A stretch of DNA of 62,794 nt, filler included, from Choristocarpus tenellus KU-1152 (taxonomy: Eukaryota > Protista > Phaeophyceae): assembly GCA_964200185.2 (NCBI GenBank). It is 9 parts of 9 records of this genome, joined end to end, with 100 filler letters (N's around TTAATTAATTAA, not from the genome) between each part and the next. Parts side by side here need not be neighbours in the genome. Positions count along the whole stretch, not along the records: positions 22,695 to 29,853 come from CAXNAD020006601.1; positions 29,954 to 33,437 come from CAXNAD020019721.1; positions 33,538 to 36,564 come from CAXNAD020022847.1; positions 36,665 to 49,215 come from CAXNAD020001795.1; 5 more parts are not named here. One strand, given 5' to 3'. Positions within the stretch are counted from its first letter, which is position 1. Each line of letters starts with the position of its first letter. The notes beneath the pieces were generated by a model that did not search any database, was not told where the DNA came from, and saw only the letters and a program-made list of their open reading frames with translations. Of this stretch, positions 24,421-37,357 are shown in pieces. Made by a program: the position numbers and the translations under genes.

Positions 24421-26429
24421 ATGACCAACTCTGACATTTATAGCTATGCACGTTCTCCCTCACTCCGATCCCCAAATTGGGAACTACCAGGGCATCTTAG
24501 AGAGGTAGGCCATCTGGAGCAGTGAATCATGGCAATACCGGTCTTAGGTTACTCACTACCCACAAGGAAGGAATAGATGCTGAGAAGGGAAAAGAAGACT
24601 CGGATAATTGGGAGTACTCCGCTGTACACGACCTGTGTGGAGGATGGCAAAGAGGAGAAGCGAGCAATGAACCAAATCTTGGAGGTCCAGGAATGACAAG
24701 ATTTGTAGGGAGGTGGGGCGCTTGTGGAGTGATGAGGCAAGAGGGGGAGGGAGATCATCACATCAAAATGCGCCTTAAAGCTCTGGGCGATTTGTTCAGG
24801 TATTTTGTTGAACTTTGATTTCACACATAATCAATAATGAGAATGTATGAGGGTAGAGAGTGGGGATTGGACTTTGAGGAACTCCATGTAGATAGATCTA
24901 ATTGTCTGTGTAAGACAGTTTACCTTTTTTCATGTTGTGAATGTAGCTGACTATGGTAGTGGCTTCTACTACAGTTTTTTTGGTGTACACACAAGTAGTG
25001 GTGTTGCCATTGTTCTTACAAGTATTTATAATGTTGTGGTTATTGGAGCATTTTAAGGGCCTTCAGTGTGTGAAAGTTGGTCTTGCTGTGGATGATTTGC
25101 TTTGAAGTATGCAGCAATTGGAGGGTTGAGGTACGTAGTGGGACGACTAGGAGTGGAGAGCCTTAATGTCATCGTTCTTGTTTCCAGCGTTTTTTGGTGG
25201 TGGTGGGAGTTTGGTTTTGGTATTGTTGAGAAGACATTATATGCATACCAGATCAACATGGGTATCTAATAGGAAATAGGTGTGGTGTCCAAAAACCACA
25301 ATGGAGGATATTGTAAATGAAATTTATGGAAATATGAGGAAGAGAGACAAACACAGAGTAACGGATACAAAATGGGAATTTGAGATTTTACTTACTAAAA
25401 AACCCTCTTTTCGCGCAAAACTAGCATGACCGAGAGTTGCGCGATCTTATACTCATTTTCTAGAATCATCTGTTCCCTCCTACCTACTCCTGGTAAGCGA
25501 ACACCACTGGGGACGATTAGTTTGGTTTAGACTAAGTACCATCGCTGACCGCGTTCCTTTACAATCTGGTACTTTATGCCCCTACGTGTTAGCACTCATT
25601 TTTATTGGGCTATTCCTTCAAAATGGTGAGATCATTTCCAGAAGAGGTGAAAATTGTGGACTTTCGTCTCAACGAAAATTACATTTTCTATCTTATTTTT
25701 GGGAGTTGGAATGGACAGGCAACTGCTAGGCGTCATAGGAGGTGTATGTGGGAGCGTGGGGTTAAGGACTTCGCCTCGTGGACAGACATTTCAACATGTG
25801 GAAACCGCTGGGTTACGCGGAGTGATCATGTCCACGCTCTTATCAACGCAACGACAAGGGCTGAGGTGCGAGTATTGTCTGCTCTCCATTTATGTTATCG
25901 TGTGCCTATCTGTGTCCTGAGACGAAATTGTTGCGATGATGCTACAGGATTGTTCTACGTATCACTTGCAACAGTATCCTTCGACCTCGCTTCACTATCA
26001 TTTCTATACAGTCAGCTTGTCTATAGGGTTGCATCTATTCAGACAAATATTCTTCCAGAATGTCGCCTTTTGTTGGTATACGTGGCTGTCTATTGATCTA
26101 CTGACGGCATGATCCCGACAAACGATGGCCTCCTCGCCCACCCACGAGACCATACTGTGTAACTGCGCGCCTTCCACGAGGTAGGGATGTGGAACTGGAG
26201 AGACATCACTATAGCAGAGTAAGGATGCTCGGCTTCATTCTGTCTGATCTATCTAATCGCACCACAACGGACTAGTGGATGGTTAGTTCGTTAGGTCGAT
26301 GCTGCTATTTGATCCCCGATAATCCCGTACAAGTGTAGAGGTCTTACGACCAGGATGAGATACTCTAAAGTAGAGACCTGTGCCAGGGTATGAGGGAGTT
26401 GCTGTTCTGTGGTGTAAAGGAGGGACTAT

Positions 26430-27620
26430 CCTTCGAGAGTCAGCAGCCCCAGTGGTCTAGCAACACTAGGTGGAGAGGAATGGATGGGGTTTGTATGATG
26501 ATTTAAACCTGCAGAGACTGCTTGGGGGAAACGACGAGATCCACAAGGAATGAGCGACAATTCTCCAGCAGCAAGAGGACGCAAGGGGCGGGGAAGGGTC
26601 TGTGACTGCCTGTACTGAAGGAGATAACCTAGCTTGTGCAACAGTGAGGTCTGTGGGTAATTTGGACCTCCAAAGTGGGTAAGGGGTTTTTCTAAAACTA
26701 TTGAAGGTATCATAGGTCAGGGCCCGACCAGACAGCATAATAACAAAAGCAACTGAGTCAACCGTCCCCTCAATGGCACTGAGCAAGAAATTGTTGTTGG
26801 ACAAGTAGAAGGTAATGGGGGGGGTGCCTGGTGATAGTTACAAATATCCACTGCATTGCATCTAGCCATTGCTACTATAACCTTAGGTACGTACTGGGTA
26901 TGTCCTACTCTCATTCTCATATGTATAACTTTTACGTATCATTCTCCATTGGTCTAGCACCTGTATGGAGTATTTGGTAGAGTGGCAATTTTTCATTTTC
27001 TGAAAAATACTCACACCCTTCCACAGTGTGCCTTGAGAACCTGTACAGCTATGCAGCTGTGCCAAGAGCATGGCACAGAATGAAGGACAATGAAGAGGAG
27101 GAAGGGTTCTGTGACTCTGTGTTTCCAGGGTGAGTTTCTCTGCTGCTTCATTGCCATTACCAATTCATTGCTGGAGACTGCACTCATGGTACTGTTGTTG
27201 TCTGTAAATATATGTGTGTTTGGTCTTTTGTCCGTAGGTGCAGTCATGAAATACAGTTTGCTCATCGCTCCAGAACATTTTTTCGACAGCATCCTCTAGT
27301 AACAAATCCCAACATTTCAATATTCTATGCACTAGTTATGGGACAATGGTCATGGGGGAGTGTGTTGTTTTTTTGTTTTTTCGGTGTTGATCGCTGCCAT
27401 CTGTGTGGACTGTCGGTGGCAACAAGGTAAGTGCAACAGGAAACGATGTTGGCAAGTTGCCAATTTGACTGAGAAGGTAATGCAACGAAGGTGAAATGTG
27501 GTGATTCAACAAGAGGTTACCAGGAGGAGAGGTGCCACTAGAATATGGCAGGATGATATGTGAGGCTTCTGGGGAAAAGGGTTTGAGTGGGATTGTGAGT
27601 ATGAATTCAAGTACCAACAC
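26430..27620 (-). mobile_element. Possible decayed LINE 3' region with RNase H-like motifs
   Basis: VHTDGS (~27395) followed by HIFTDNNSTMSAV (~27200) in different frames; many stops. Confidence 0.35.
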
Positions 27621-27959
27621 GTTGATTTGCCCCTCTGGATAGGTGAATTGGCAAAGCAGTATCAGATATATAGTCTTTCAGGTGTGACCTGAATGTAGAG
27701 TGAGCGGTTGTTATTGGGACTTATTTGAAAGGTAATGTGTGGAGGGTATTGAACTCTTTTGTCTGCCAAGGTCACCAATTGCATTTGTTAGGTTAAATAT
27801 CAGCTACGAACATCGTCCAAACCCATACCTAAGAATAGATTTGAATAATGACCCTTCTAAGACAGTATGATCCAATGTTTGAGGTGGTTTTGAAGTTCCA
27901 CCTCCAATGCCCTTTGATTCGTAACACTATGCCATAGTTCATCCTCTATGTGTAGCAAT

Positions 27960-28133
27960 GGCTCAAAGTATCTGGGGGGGGGGGCGGCTGTCCATTTGGG
28001 GTCAATTTTTTCATGTCGCGTTTTTGGGTGATTTGGTTGCATATGTCAGATGGATAATGTAAGTGCACATTTCCTGGTTTTGTCCTAAATGGACACCCTG
28101 GTGTAGACCCCCCCCCCACAGATACTTTGGGTC
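27960..28133 (+). mobile_element. MITE family B copy
   Basis: ggctcaaagtatctggggggg ... cagatactttgggtc; aat TSD. Confidence 0.9.
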
Positions 28134-30689
28134 AATCCCAAGACCCCCTTCTTTTTGACCAACTACCCTCTCCCTCTCCCAATTGCCCTTCCCCACTCCT
28201 GTGATATTAATCACACCATAGTTTTGACCTCTAAGGTTATGTCTCCAAAACAGAATTTCTACTGTTGGTTCTCTGAATTCCTAATACTGATATCCCCATT
28301 ATACCTCAGCAGAGTAGCATTGTGTTATTTCTGTGCGTGTAACTGTATCCTAGTCTTCATTTCCTTACCTACTTCTCAAATATCTGACATATCTCTCTCT
28401 CTTACTGGATTGACTTGGTAATCATCTATTGCTGAGTGCTCTGTTTATGTATGTTAAATAACAACACACCCCTATCTATGTCTATGTGCATTTATGAATG
28501 GCTATTCAATCTGCTAGGACGCTACATGTCAATGTGGACGACCTGGTAAATTTTGGTGGGTGTGGTCTACAGCCTTCTATGCCTGCAACGTGGGGTGGAT
28601 AGAGGCTGCTGACTACTTCTCTGTCTCTTCCTTTGCCACTTTTTTCCTCAGTCAAAGCTTGTTCATGAGCACTTGGCGGAATCCAACATAGTCGAGGTTG
28701 CCAATGCATGTGCGGCAAAAGGTGCACAAAATCATGGCGAGAATTTGTCGAGATCACTTGTACTGTAGGACAGAAGTGCACACGGTCTGCCCTATAACCA
28801 TGATCGACGTCCAAACCACATTGGCGGGGATGGCTGGCTGGCTTCATCATGCAAGACTTGATGGCCTTTGCCGGAGCTCTCTCCACCATGCCACCATTGT
28901 CCAGGCGAAACATTTCAGCAAGAAATCGCCCAAGTCCGACAAAGGTGACCTCTTCAATGCAGGAGTTGAGGAGGGGAGGTCATTGCTGGAAAATGTAAGC
29001 TTTTGCCATTTCTGCCATGACCATCTTCCTCTGCTTGTTTCCAAAATGATTCCACTGTTGCACTAGCAACACTCCACTAATCCCAATGGCCTCAGCTGCT
29101 GTACCATCCTTGGGTTAGGGAAGAAGGGTGCAAAGGGAGGTCAGAGATGGGTTCCTCGCTCCTCGTTGACTCTTCATCAGGCATTACTATACATCACAAT
29201 ATATATATTTAATCCGGATGTAGCCTTCCACGTGGTGAGCAAATTCTGTCGAGGAGGTACGTGGTGAAACATTGGGGACCTTTCCTAACGGCAGCAAATT
29301 ATTGTTTCCCTGTTGCCCAAGGAGTCAAATTGACAATACAAACAGGACGTCGGCATACTAGAAGGCAACAAATGTTTTTGGCAACAATTTTGGAAAGAGT
29401 ATATCAGGCCTATCATTTCTTGACCCAGTTAGACTCCTTGAGTGAAAGACATTGAGACTGGAATAAATTGTTTTGGGCTTATTTAATGTTATTTTGTATG
29501 TACTGATATTTGTCTTAACTTTATTGTGCGGACTATCCCAACCCGTGGTCAGAGGAATTAGACACAGAGATACTGTACTTCTCACAATTAACTGTTATAG
29601 TACTCCAAGTGAGTGATTCACAAGGTAAAATACAGGATCTTTTGACTCCAGAGTTCATTGAAACCCAGAGTGACATTTCCTTCTTTTTTTTTGGCTGTTG
29701 AGTTCAGTGAGACAGAACTGAAATGTATTTTTCTCATGCATACTTTAGTATATTTTATCACTGGTGGGGAGGTTGTTGAAATGAGTCCTTATCTCACTCT
29801 GTGTTTCGCACGTACACCCTATCCGTTGGCATCTTAAAACAGATAAAGATCATNNNNNNNNNNNNNNNNNNNNNNNNNNNNNNNNNNNNNNNNNNNNTTA
29901 ATTAATTAANNNNNNNNNNNNNNNNNNNNNNNNNNNNNNNNNNNNNNNNNNNNACCGTTTTCGCAAAACAACCATCCTCGTAGTCCCGCTCCATCCCCAA
30001 TTTTGAAAATCCTCTGTTCAATGAGAAGATCCTTGTAGTTGTTGCTTTTCACTAATACAAAGTGCCCGTTTGAGCCGGACATAGTTTCCCTTTAAGAAAT
30101 GCAGCAATCGCCACATACATGCACTCACCTTGCCAAGAAAGCAATGGATGCTTGGGTCTCTGGTGTAGGTCAATTGATATGTGCAGTCAAGCAACCTACC
30201 CTATCACTGGATTCAACACTCTGAACCTCGGATTCTCACTGCAGACCAAAGTAGACTGGATTCGCTAGGACAGTATCAATAATATCAATTATCTTGTAAA
30301 AATGTTGTACAGACATGCCAAGAATATGATGCGGATGAAAACCGTTATTGACCCCCAATCTGATGACGTGTCATGTGCGTGTGCACGCTCTGTTAGTATT
30401 TCACGACGTGTTCCTACCTCGTTCACTGACGATGATGATCCCTATCTGTTTTTGTTGTATCTCCGTATGTTGTGTATGAGTGTATGTTGTTTTGTGTACC
30501 ACTACTACTTTTTTACTACTCCTACTTACTACCAGTACTACAACTCCTACCACTATTAATATTACCACTCACTACACACACTGACAGATGCACATATTAT
30601 GATTGTTACCTGCACTATACTTTGACTCCACTCCCTCATTTTCTCCTCCGTCCCTCATTCTAATATTTGTCGTTGTAGTTGTCAAGAAC

Positions 30690-31480
30690 AGGAATGGCCT
30701 CAACATCGTTCACATTGATGAGGCGTGGTTCTACCTTATCCACGAACGAGAGATGGCACAAATGTTTCCGTTGGAGGAAAAGGTGGGCTTGATGAAGGTG
30801 CAACACAAGAGTCACATTCTCAAATTGATCTTCGCCTCCGCCGTTTCGAGCCCAGATCCTTCCTATGATTTTGATGGCAAGATCGGGATCTGGCCGGTTT
30901 GTGTCATTAAGGACGCGCAACGGACTACAGCGCTACACACAAAGGGCGAGGAGTACGAGATCGATGTCACCGTGGACGCTGAATAGTACCTAGAGTGGTA
31001 CACGGAGCAGCTGTTGCCGGCGATCAAGGAAAAAATGATGTAGCTTGAATCAGGGAGACCTCCATACAGCAGGACGGCACGACCCAGCATATTGTCAAGG
31101 TCACGGTGAAAGGCTGAACGCAGAAGGGATGGAGGAGGGACGGAATTTTAAGCTCGTGACGCAGCCAGTGCAGTTGCTGTATCTCAACATCAATGATTTG
31201 GGGGGGTTTGCATCTCTGAAGAGCAGAGTTTGGGCGGAGCGTTACGGCACCATTGATGAACTTGTAGAGGGGATTTCAAGCATGTCCCATGCGTACGGCA
31301 CAGACACGCTCGAGAGGGTGGGGTAGAGTTTGTTTAAGAAGTACAATCAGATATTGAGGTCGCTAGGGAGGAACAATTTCTGGGTAGAGCACACCGAGAC
31401 CAAAAAAAGGCAGCAGGAGGGTGATTAGGCTAGATCAGTCGAAGTAGACCGAGCAGCCTCCACAGTGGCCCTGGATTGGT
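30690..31480 (+). mobile_element. Degenerate mariner-type transposase, second subfamily
   Basis: NIVHIDEAWFYL, VQHKSHILKLIF, FDGKIGIWP, QQDG and LNINDLGGFASLKS motifs; stops and frameshifts. Confidence 0.85.
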
Positions 31481-31665
31481 GAGTTGACAGTGTTGAATAG
31501 GTTGACAGTGTTGAATAATGGCGAGGCATATTATTTTGATGTAAAAGGGATCCAACATAAAGGTCCGTTTTTGTAATTGGAGGTCATTCCGAAGAGCTAC
31601 AGCTTAACAGTCCAGACTTATGGGCAGATGGAGTAAAACTGTTGCAATCATACAACTGGCGTTAG

Positions 31666-31922
31666 GAGTCAAAGTATGTTAGAGGGTAGAGCTGTGTCCA
31701 ATTGGGGGCCAATATCCAATGTTGCAATTTTGATGAAATTATAGCTATCATGTTTGTTAGGAAATGTCAACATGCTTGTTCCGGACAAACCTTTTCATAC
31801 CATACACATTTGAGCTACTCCGAAACATTTTTGAGTAGGTAAATGTCATTAAAAACCCGTGGGAAGCCAAGCCCCAAATGGACAAACAGGGAAAAACTCG
31901 TACCTCTAGGATACTTTCACTT
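31666..31922 (+). mobile_element. MITE family A copy
   Basis: Both TIRs; tag on both sides. Confidence 0.9.
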
Positions 31923-32461
31923 TAGACAAGAAGTCAGCCCGTGTACCTTGGCATGCAAGAAAAGCGCTCCGCGCCTTCTGTTCGCTACACAGAGCGATAA
32001 AATAGTTAGGTATCTTGAAATCGACAATGAACATCTGATAGCAAGCAGGTTCAGCCTTTGTGTGGTCATTGCCAAGAGTCTTGAGCATGCCTTTGGGGAT
32101 GTTAGCGCGTTAGGTCACTGTACTCTAAGTACCCTATCCAAAAGAAGTATTTTCCTATCCTTTTGACCAGATAGCAACCAGAATCTAGGCTGATTGAATC
32201 CTAGCGCCCAATGTAGTGGTAGGATCAACAAACTTCTCGGATCACATCGAATTTCAACATTTTCATCATGCCTCCTCAAGATCTAACCTTACCCAACCCT
32301 GCCCAGGATTTGAGTGGAACACTTCCCCCTCTGCAGTAGCTGCAGGTGTTGGAAATAAAGACTACTTCAGTTGTCCTGGAGGGGCAGAGTGCAGGAATAG
32401 CCACGACTTTAAACCTTGTGGATATCGATGTGTGCGTGCCATGTTAGGCCTAATGAGGCAT

Positions 32462-32723
32462 TGTGAGTGTAGTAAACAAGAGGTATCTTGAGTTGCAGTT
32501 TAAGAATGCTGGCAAATACATGCAAAATTCGGAATGTTTTTCAAACATGTTTAAGATATTTTCTTAATTGTGTCCAAAAGTTTCAAACAATAGAGAAATC
32601 AACCCTATCCGGTCAACCCGAGCACTTCATCCATAGACATATGACTGAATTGCAAAAGATTGAAAGACTGACTTACAATGCAAAAAATACCAAAAACTGG
32701 GTACCTCTCGTTTACTTTGGCTC
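32462..32723 (-). mobile_element. Terminal ~260 bp of family D DNA element
   Basis: Reverse-complement homolog of 42039-42300; ends gggtacctctcgtttactttggctc. Confidence 0.7.
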
Positions 32724-33537
32724 TGTGGTAGTGTATTTGTCCATTATGTCCACAAGGAAGTCTAATGGGGTGGAAAGTCTGCAAATGAGAATGGTGACGA
32801 AGCATTTCTTTAAGTATTTCTAAACCCTGATAAGCATTCGTTGACATTTAATTATAAAAAATGAATTTAGTGGACTGAGTTTTTTTGAGAATTGGAACAG
32901 ATCCTTTTGTCACTGAACGGTGATCTTTTCGGAAAGATGATTGTATTGATTTTCATAAAGTGGTACCAATAGCTTTGCGGTCTGTGGCAATCTTGCTTTT
33001 TTTCATTATAGGACCAGGAGAGGTATACAACAATATCAATATCAGATGAACGCTTATACCAAGAGGGGTTGAAGATTTGTATGCAGGAATGTACTATCTC
33101 CAGTCAACGAAAACTATATCCCTATCAAAGAATGACAAAAGCGAGGGGGAATACCTCCGGCGCAATTTTGATGGTCACAACCTCGAAAGGTACAAAAATG
33201 AAGTGGTTGGCTGAACTCCCCACAAAAACCTGGTCCGGGATAGACCCTGCCCAAAATACGGTGCGTTTGGTCATAACAAAAAAAAATACAAGATTTGCGG
33301 ACATCTTTTTAACGCCTTTTGCAGACTTTCTATGAACACAGACACAGGTGACCCACATAGAACAGTGGATCGAGATAATGGCGGATGGATTGTTTCATGG
33401 AGGATGGATTTTCCCCAAAATGGTGCGCGGAAAGTGCNNNNNNNNNNNNNNNNNNNNNNNNNNNNNNNNNNNNNNNNNNNNTTAATTAATTAANNNNNNN
33501 NNNNNNNNNNNNNNNNNNNNNNNNNNNNNNNNNNNNN

Positions 33538-34446
33538 CCCCCCATCTCTAAACCGTCCTGCCCTCCCATTGTCTGCACTGCTGGGATTGCCATGTTTTGT
33601 AGAAAATGAAGAGAGAGATGGATGAGAAGAGGCGACGGTTCCGTCAGCAGGTGCATAATCCCCCTTGATGAGAGAGAGTCTCTGATTGTGCAAACAGGAG
33701 ATGAAGTTTGCGCCGCAGCAGTCTTTTCACTCTTGTGTTTACTCTCTTACTAGTGGAATGACATTCCGCCAATGGGTGCTGACTCAACGCTTGATATATG
33801 CTGAAAATTTTGGTTCATTGGTAGTTGCAGCGTTGTACGTTGTGTTGCCACCATGAGACAAGTACTGGTACGGGAAATGCGTGAATTGATTTTTCGTTGT
33901 TGGAAATTATATACAACTACTAGGTACCATCTAGGAAATTTCCCGAGGCTCCCTCCTCTTGTACGTATGAAGGGTTGGGAGTTGAGTATACCTTATGTGT
34001 CTTCTCCATCCCTCATGTGTGATAGGAAATTGCTTGTCATTTTTTGTACTTGACCATCTTGCTAGCCATAGCACTACGTAGTGCTATGCATTGAGCTATA
34101 TATATTCCCCCCCCCCCGCACATACACAAATCTTTAGTAAGATATGTGGGGATGAGAGTGAAAGATGTTAGTGTTATGGCACTCTTTGGTACCTTGGTTT
34201 TGAAACTAGCTTTCATTGCTTTAAAACAACAGGTGAAACTTTCCTTTCTTGGGTATGTAATACTGGACAGGGCTGGTGAATGCATGATGTGTGTTGAAAT
34301 GAAGCTGATCCGATTTTTTTTCTCTGTATCTTGTGGTTGTGCTGATGGTTTACTTTGACCTGTCCAGGTGGTGGAAGATCAACGTCACTTCCGACAGGCC
34401 TTGCATCGTGATCAGGAGTAGGAGGAAGTGGAGGAAGGAGTTGCAT
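33538..34446 (-). CDS. 5' part of an unknown gene (exons 34446-34360 and 33681-contig end)
   Basis: MQLLPPLPPTPDHDARPVGSDVDLPPPGQ|gtcaaa ... aatcag|RLSLIKGDYAPADG...; the phase-0 junction is consistent. Confidence 0.5.
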
Positions 34447-35070
34447 ATCAAAACGTTAAGCGTATCTAGAGAGGACTGGGCGGGATGGGCATGGCATGGG
34501 ATGGGATGAATTGCCGTAGAATGAAGTTGTGTTCTTTGTCACACCAATGGCGACCAAGACATTTGTGAAAATGTTGTACTGCCCGAAGGTGGCACACGTT
34601 TTTCACCTGCATACCCCAAAATATAGTTAATTATAGTGCAACGTACAAGGTCACACAGTTCATGAGGGAGGGCCGAACACATGTGTCTCGATAGTGTCAA
34701 CTTTTGTTGTTATTGCACTTGGGCATTAAAACAAGTCAAGTACCTCCTTCGCAGAGTTTTCCGGTTTTTAGAACGTTGAGCAATGGCACCATGAGGGGAT
34801 GATCTACTGTTTTATATGAAGTGTTGGTATGTAGGGGGAGGAGACTCCCGCATTTTTCTGGGATGCATGCGGAGAAGAAGCAAAACGTATGTATTGCTAC
34901 CTGCTCGTTCTTTCTGATCGACATTTGCTTGATCTCTCCAGTGATACATAGCATCGATGTTTTGCTCATGTATCAATCAATCCAGAATAAGACCCTCCTG
35001 TCTGTTGTTTTGTGCCTCCTGTCTTTTTGCACTTCTGTGTTCTGCAGTCTGATTTATGTAATATACTGGG

Positions 35071-35252
35071 CATGGAGAAGTTATGTTCGACAACTCGAAG
35101 AGTATTATACGAAGTTGATATAATTCCACCATTGTGAAGGTAAAATATACTTCAACCATGATTGGAGAAAGTATGTTCAACAACTCGGAGAGTATTGCAT
35201 GAAGTTGATATATTATTCCACCATTGCAGAGTTACAATATACTTCAACCACG
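35071..35252. repeat. Tandem duplication, two ~91-bp units
   Basis: tggagaa..tatgttc.acaactcg.agagtatt...gaagttgatata...ttccaccattg...aatatacttcaacca occurs twice. Confidence 0.85.
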
Positions 35253-35647
35253 TAAAATCATGTATCTCCCCAAAAATCGCAAAATATACTCTCGAACACT
35301 ATTATTTCTGTAGTATTTATCGCACTGTATGCAGTGGATTCGTGGATGTAGGGCTGATAGTAGTAGGGGGATTGAGTTGAAGTCCAGTGAGCCGTGTGCA
35401 GACAGCATGCGCGTACCAAGGAATCATTCAAAGAAGAAGAATTTTCGTACTCTGGAGTAATACATAGTGCGTCCTTTTTCATCTATCTCGGCGCTTTTGT
35501 CATCGAACAGGGGACAGTCCAAAATTAACACAGATGCAACAACTCTTAAGGTTTGGAAGGCGCCTGTTGTTGTTTTTTGTACAACTATTAGTACCTGGAA
35601 GGCCCTCATTGTAAGCAACAGACTCTTGTATTATTGTGATGATTATC

Positions 35648-35953
35648 TTGTGCAATTTACTTTGGGAGGTAATGCTATATATCAGTAGTGAAGACAAGAA
35701 GGTGTGCAGCCTCACATGATCCCCTTTGCTAAACGGAAAGAACGGATGGAATTATAAGAGTGACCTTTGTGAGGTGTCTTCTATTGCTTGTTTATTACTA
35801 GTGTCTCATACGTAAGTCATGTCTTATGTCAAAGTAGTTGAATGCAGAATAATAACCCATACGTAATCCCATTCATAATCCGGATACTATCTCATTAGTT
35901 ACATCTCTCATACACAAAATAAGATACACCTCACTATTGTCCTATTTTGCACA
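35648..35953 (-). repeat. Interspersed repeat family C copy
   Basis: Reverse complement of 24093-24410 (cacctcactattgtcctattttgcac; agtgacctt; gaagacaagaaggtgtg). Confidence 0.75.
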
Positions 35954-36177
35954 TATCTTCTCTGCTTTTTTTCGTGTTCTCCCTTCTTACTTACTCCCAT
36001 GACATCCGAAAAACATGTCTGTGGGCTTGAGATTTGTCCACGAGGTTTGGGTGAGTGATTGTTTACTGTTTTGATATAGCGTGCGTATAATAGGACTCTT
36101 TTCCAATCCGTCCATATTACTCATGTAAGTAAGGAAAACCCCGTGACAGACTTTGCAACAAGCGAGACTAGTGTATA

Positions 36178-36520
36178 CTTCCTCCATTCAGAATTACACG
36201 TGACACAACTTTTGCAAGCTCTATTCTCACCGAGGAACAACCCTCATGATAACCCTCTGGATGAGGCTTGGTTCTCATATAGTTTGAGATGGTGGGCTGT
36301 CATGACTCTGGAGGTTCACCAGTGCGAAGTCGACCAAGTCACATTTGATGGGCTCCAAAAACCTCATGAAAGTATCAAAGAGCGTGTTTATTGGGATTCC
36401 TAGGACAAAGACCCCCTGTTGTTCAATCGGCTTGCTCATCCCTCTGTCGCCTGTCAGTCCCAATTATTTGGCCCAGAAGACTGTCCGGGGACCAGATACA
36501 AACACCCTGATGAAGAAAAG
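36178..36520 (+). mobile_element. 5' end of mariner element (same family as 7042)
   Basis: TA + cttcctccattcagaatt; colinear with 7042-7650 minus the MITE insertion. Confidence 0.75.
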
Positions 36521-36664
36521 CATGGTAACAGCGGATCATGATAATGGTGGATGGATCATTTCATNNNNNNNNNNNNNNNNNNNNNNNNNNNNNNNNNNNN
36601 NNNNNNNNTTAATTAATTAANNNNNNNNNNNNNNNNNNNNNNNNNNNNNNNNNNNNNNNNNNNN

Positions 36665-36733
36665 CTTTTCCTGATTTTGGTCCAAATGGACACCCTGGTG
36701 TAGACCCTCCCCCCCCCCCAGATACTTTGGGTC
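36665..36733 (+). mobile_element. MITE family B 3' part at contig start
   Basis: ggtccaaatggacaccctggtgtagaccc...cagatactttgggtc. Confidence 0.85.
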
Positions 36734-37357
36734 AGCATACTATGATTGTTATGATTGTTAGGTTGCATGTGGTGTAATATTAGCTACACTTAAACAAAAA
36801 ACATGCCCTGATGTACGCAGTACTTAATGTACAGTTTGAGGAGTCAAAAAGACTCTCTCCTGATGGTTGTTGTTTCTGTGCAATGCATACCTAAATAAGC
36901 CCCCCTGAACTATATGCATTCCATGGGGGTATTCACTTATCATGACTCCGAACCCTGACTTAAATCAAAATGTATCTCCATGCCGTATGGAGCATGTTCT
37001 GCTCAATACTTCAACAGGCCTCCTAAATTGTGATGCAGTCCATTGGAAATTCCACTTGTCTGTAAGTTTTGAAAGAGACATGCGTTTCCTCTCTTGGTTT
37101 GGGGCTACAAGTAAAGCTACTCCACCAGTCCTGCCCTAAGTGCTTCTAAAATCTCGCTTACTTGCATAACAACCCATGCCTCACCACAATATGTGCACCG
37201 TGTTACACTGTGCTGCATAATGAATGCTTGGGCATCTATAATGACAACCTTGCACATAATATACAAACAAAAACCACTAGAAGCTGGAGCTCTACAAGTG
37301 TTGCCTTTATTCTGCCAAAAAAATATTAGTTCTCACTTGCCGATCTCTACCTTCTAG

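Noticed and set aside
25605-26096. 163-aa plus-strand ORF
   Set aside because: Non-ATG start, no domain motif and no supporting splice signals.
28506-29066. Overlapping 120-135 aa ORFs, possible transposase remnant
   Set aside because: No recognisable catalytic motif or splice structure.
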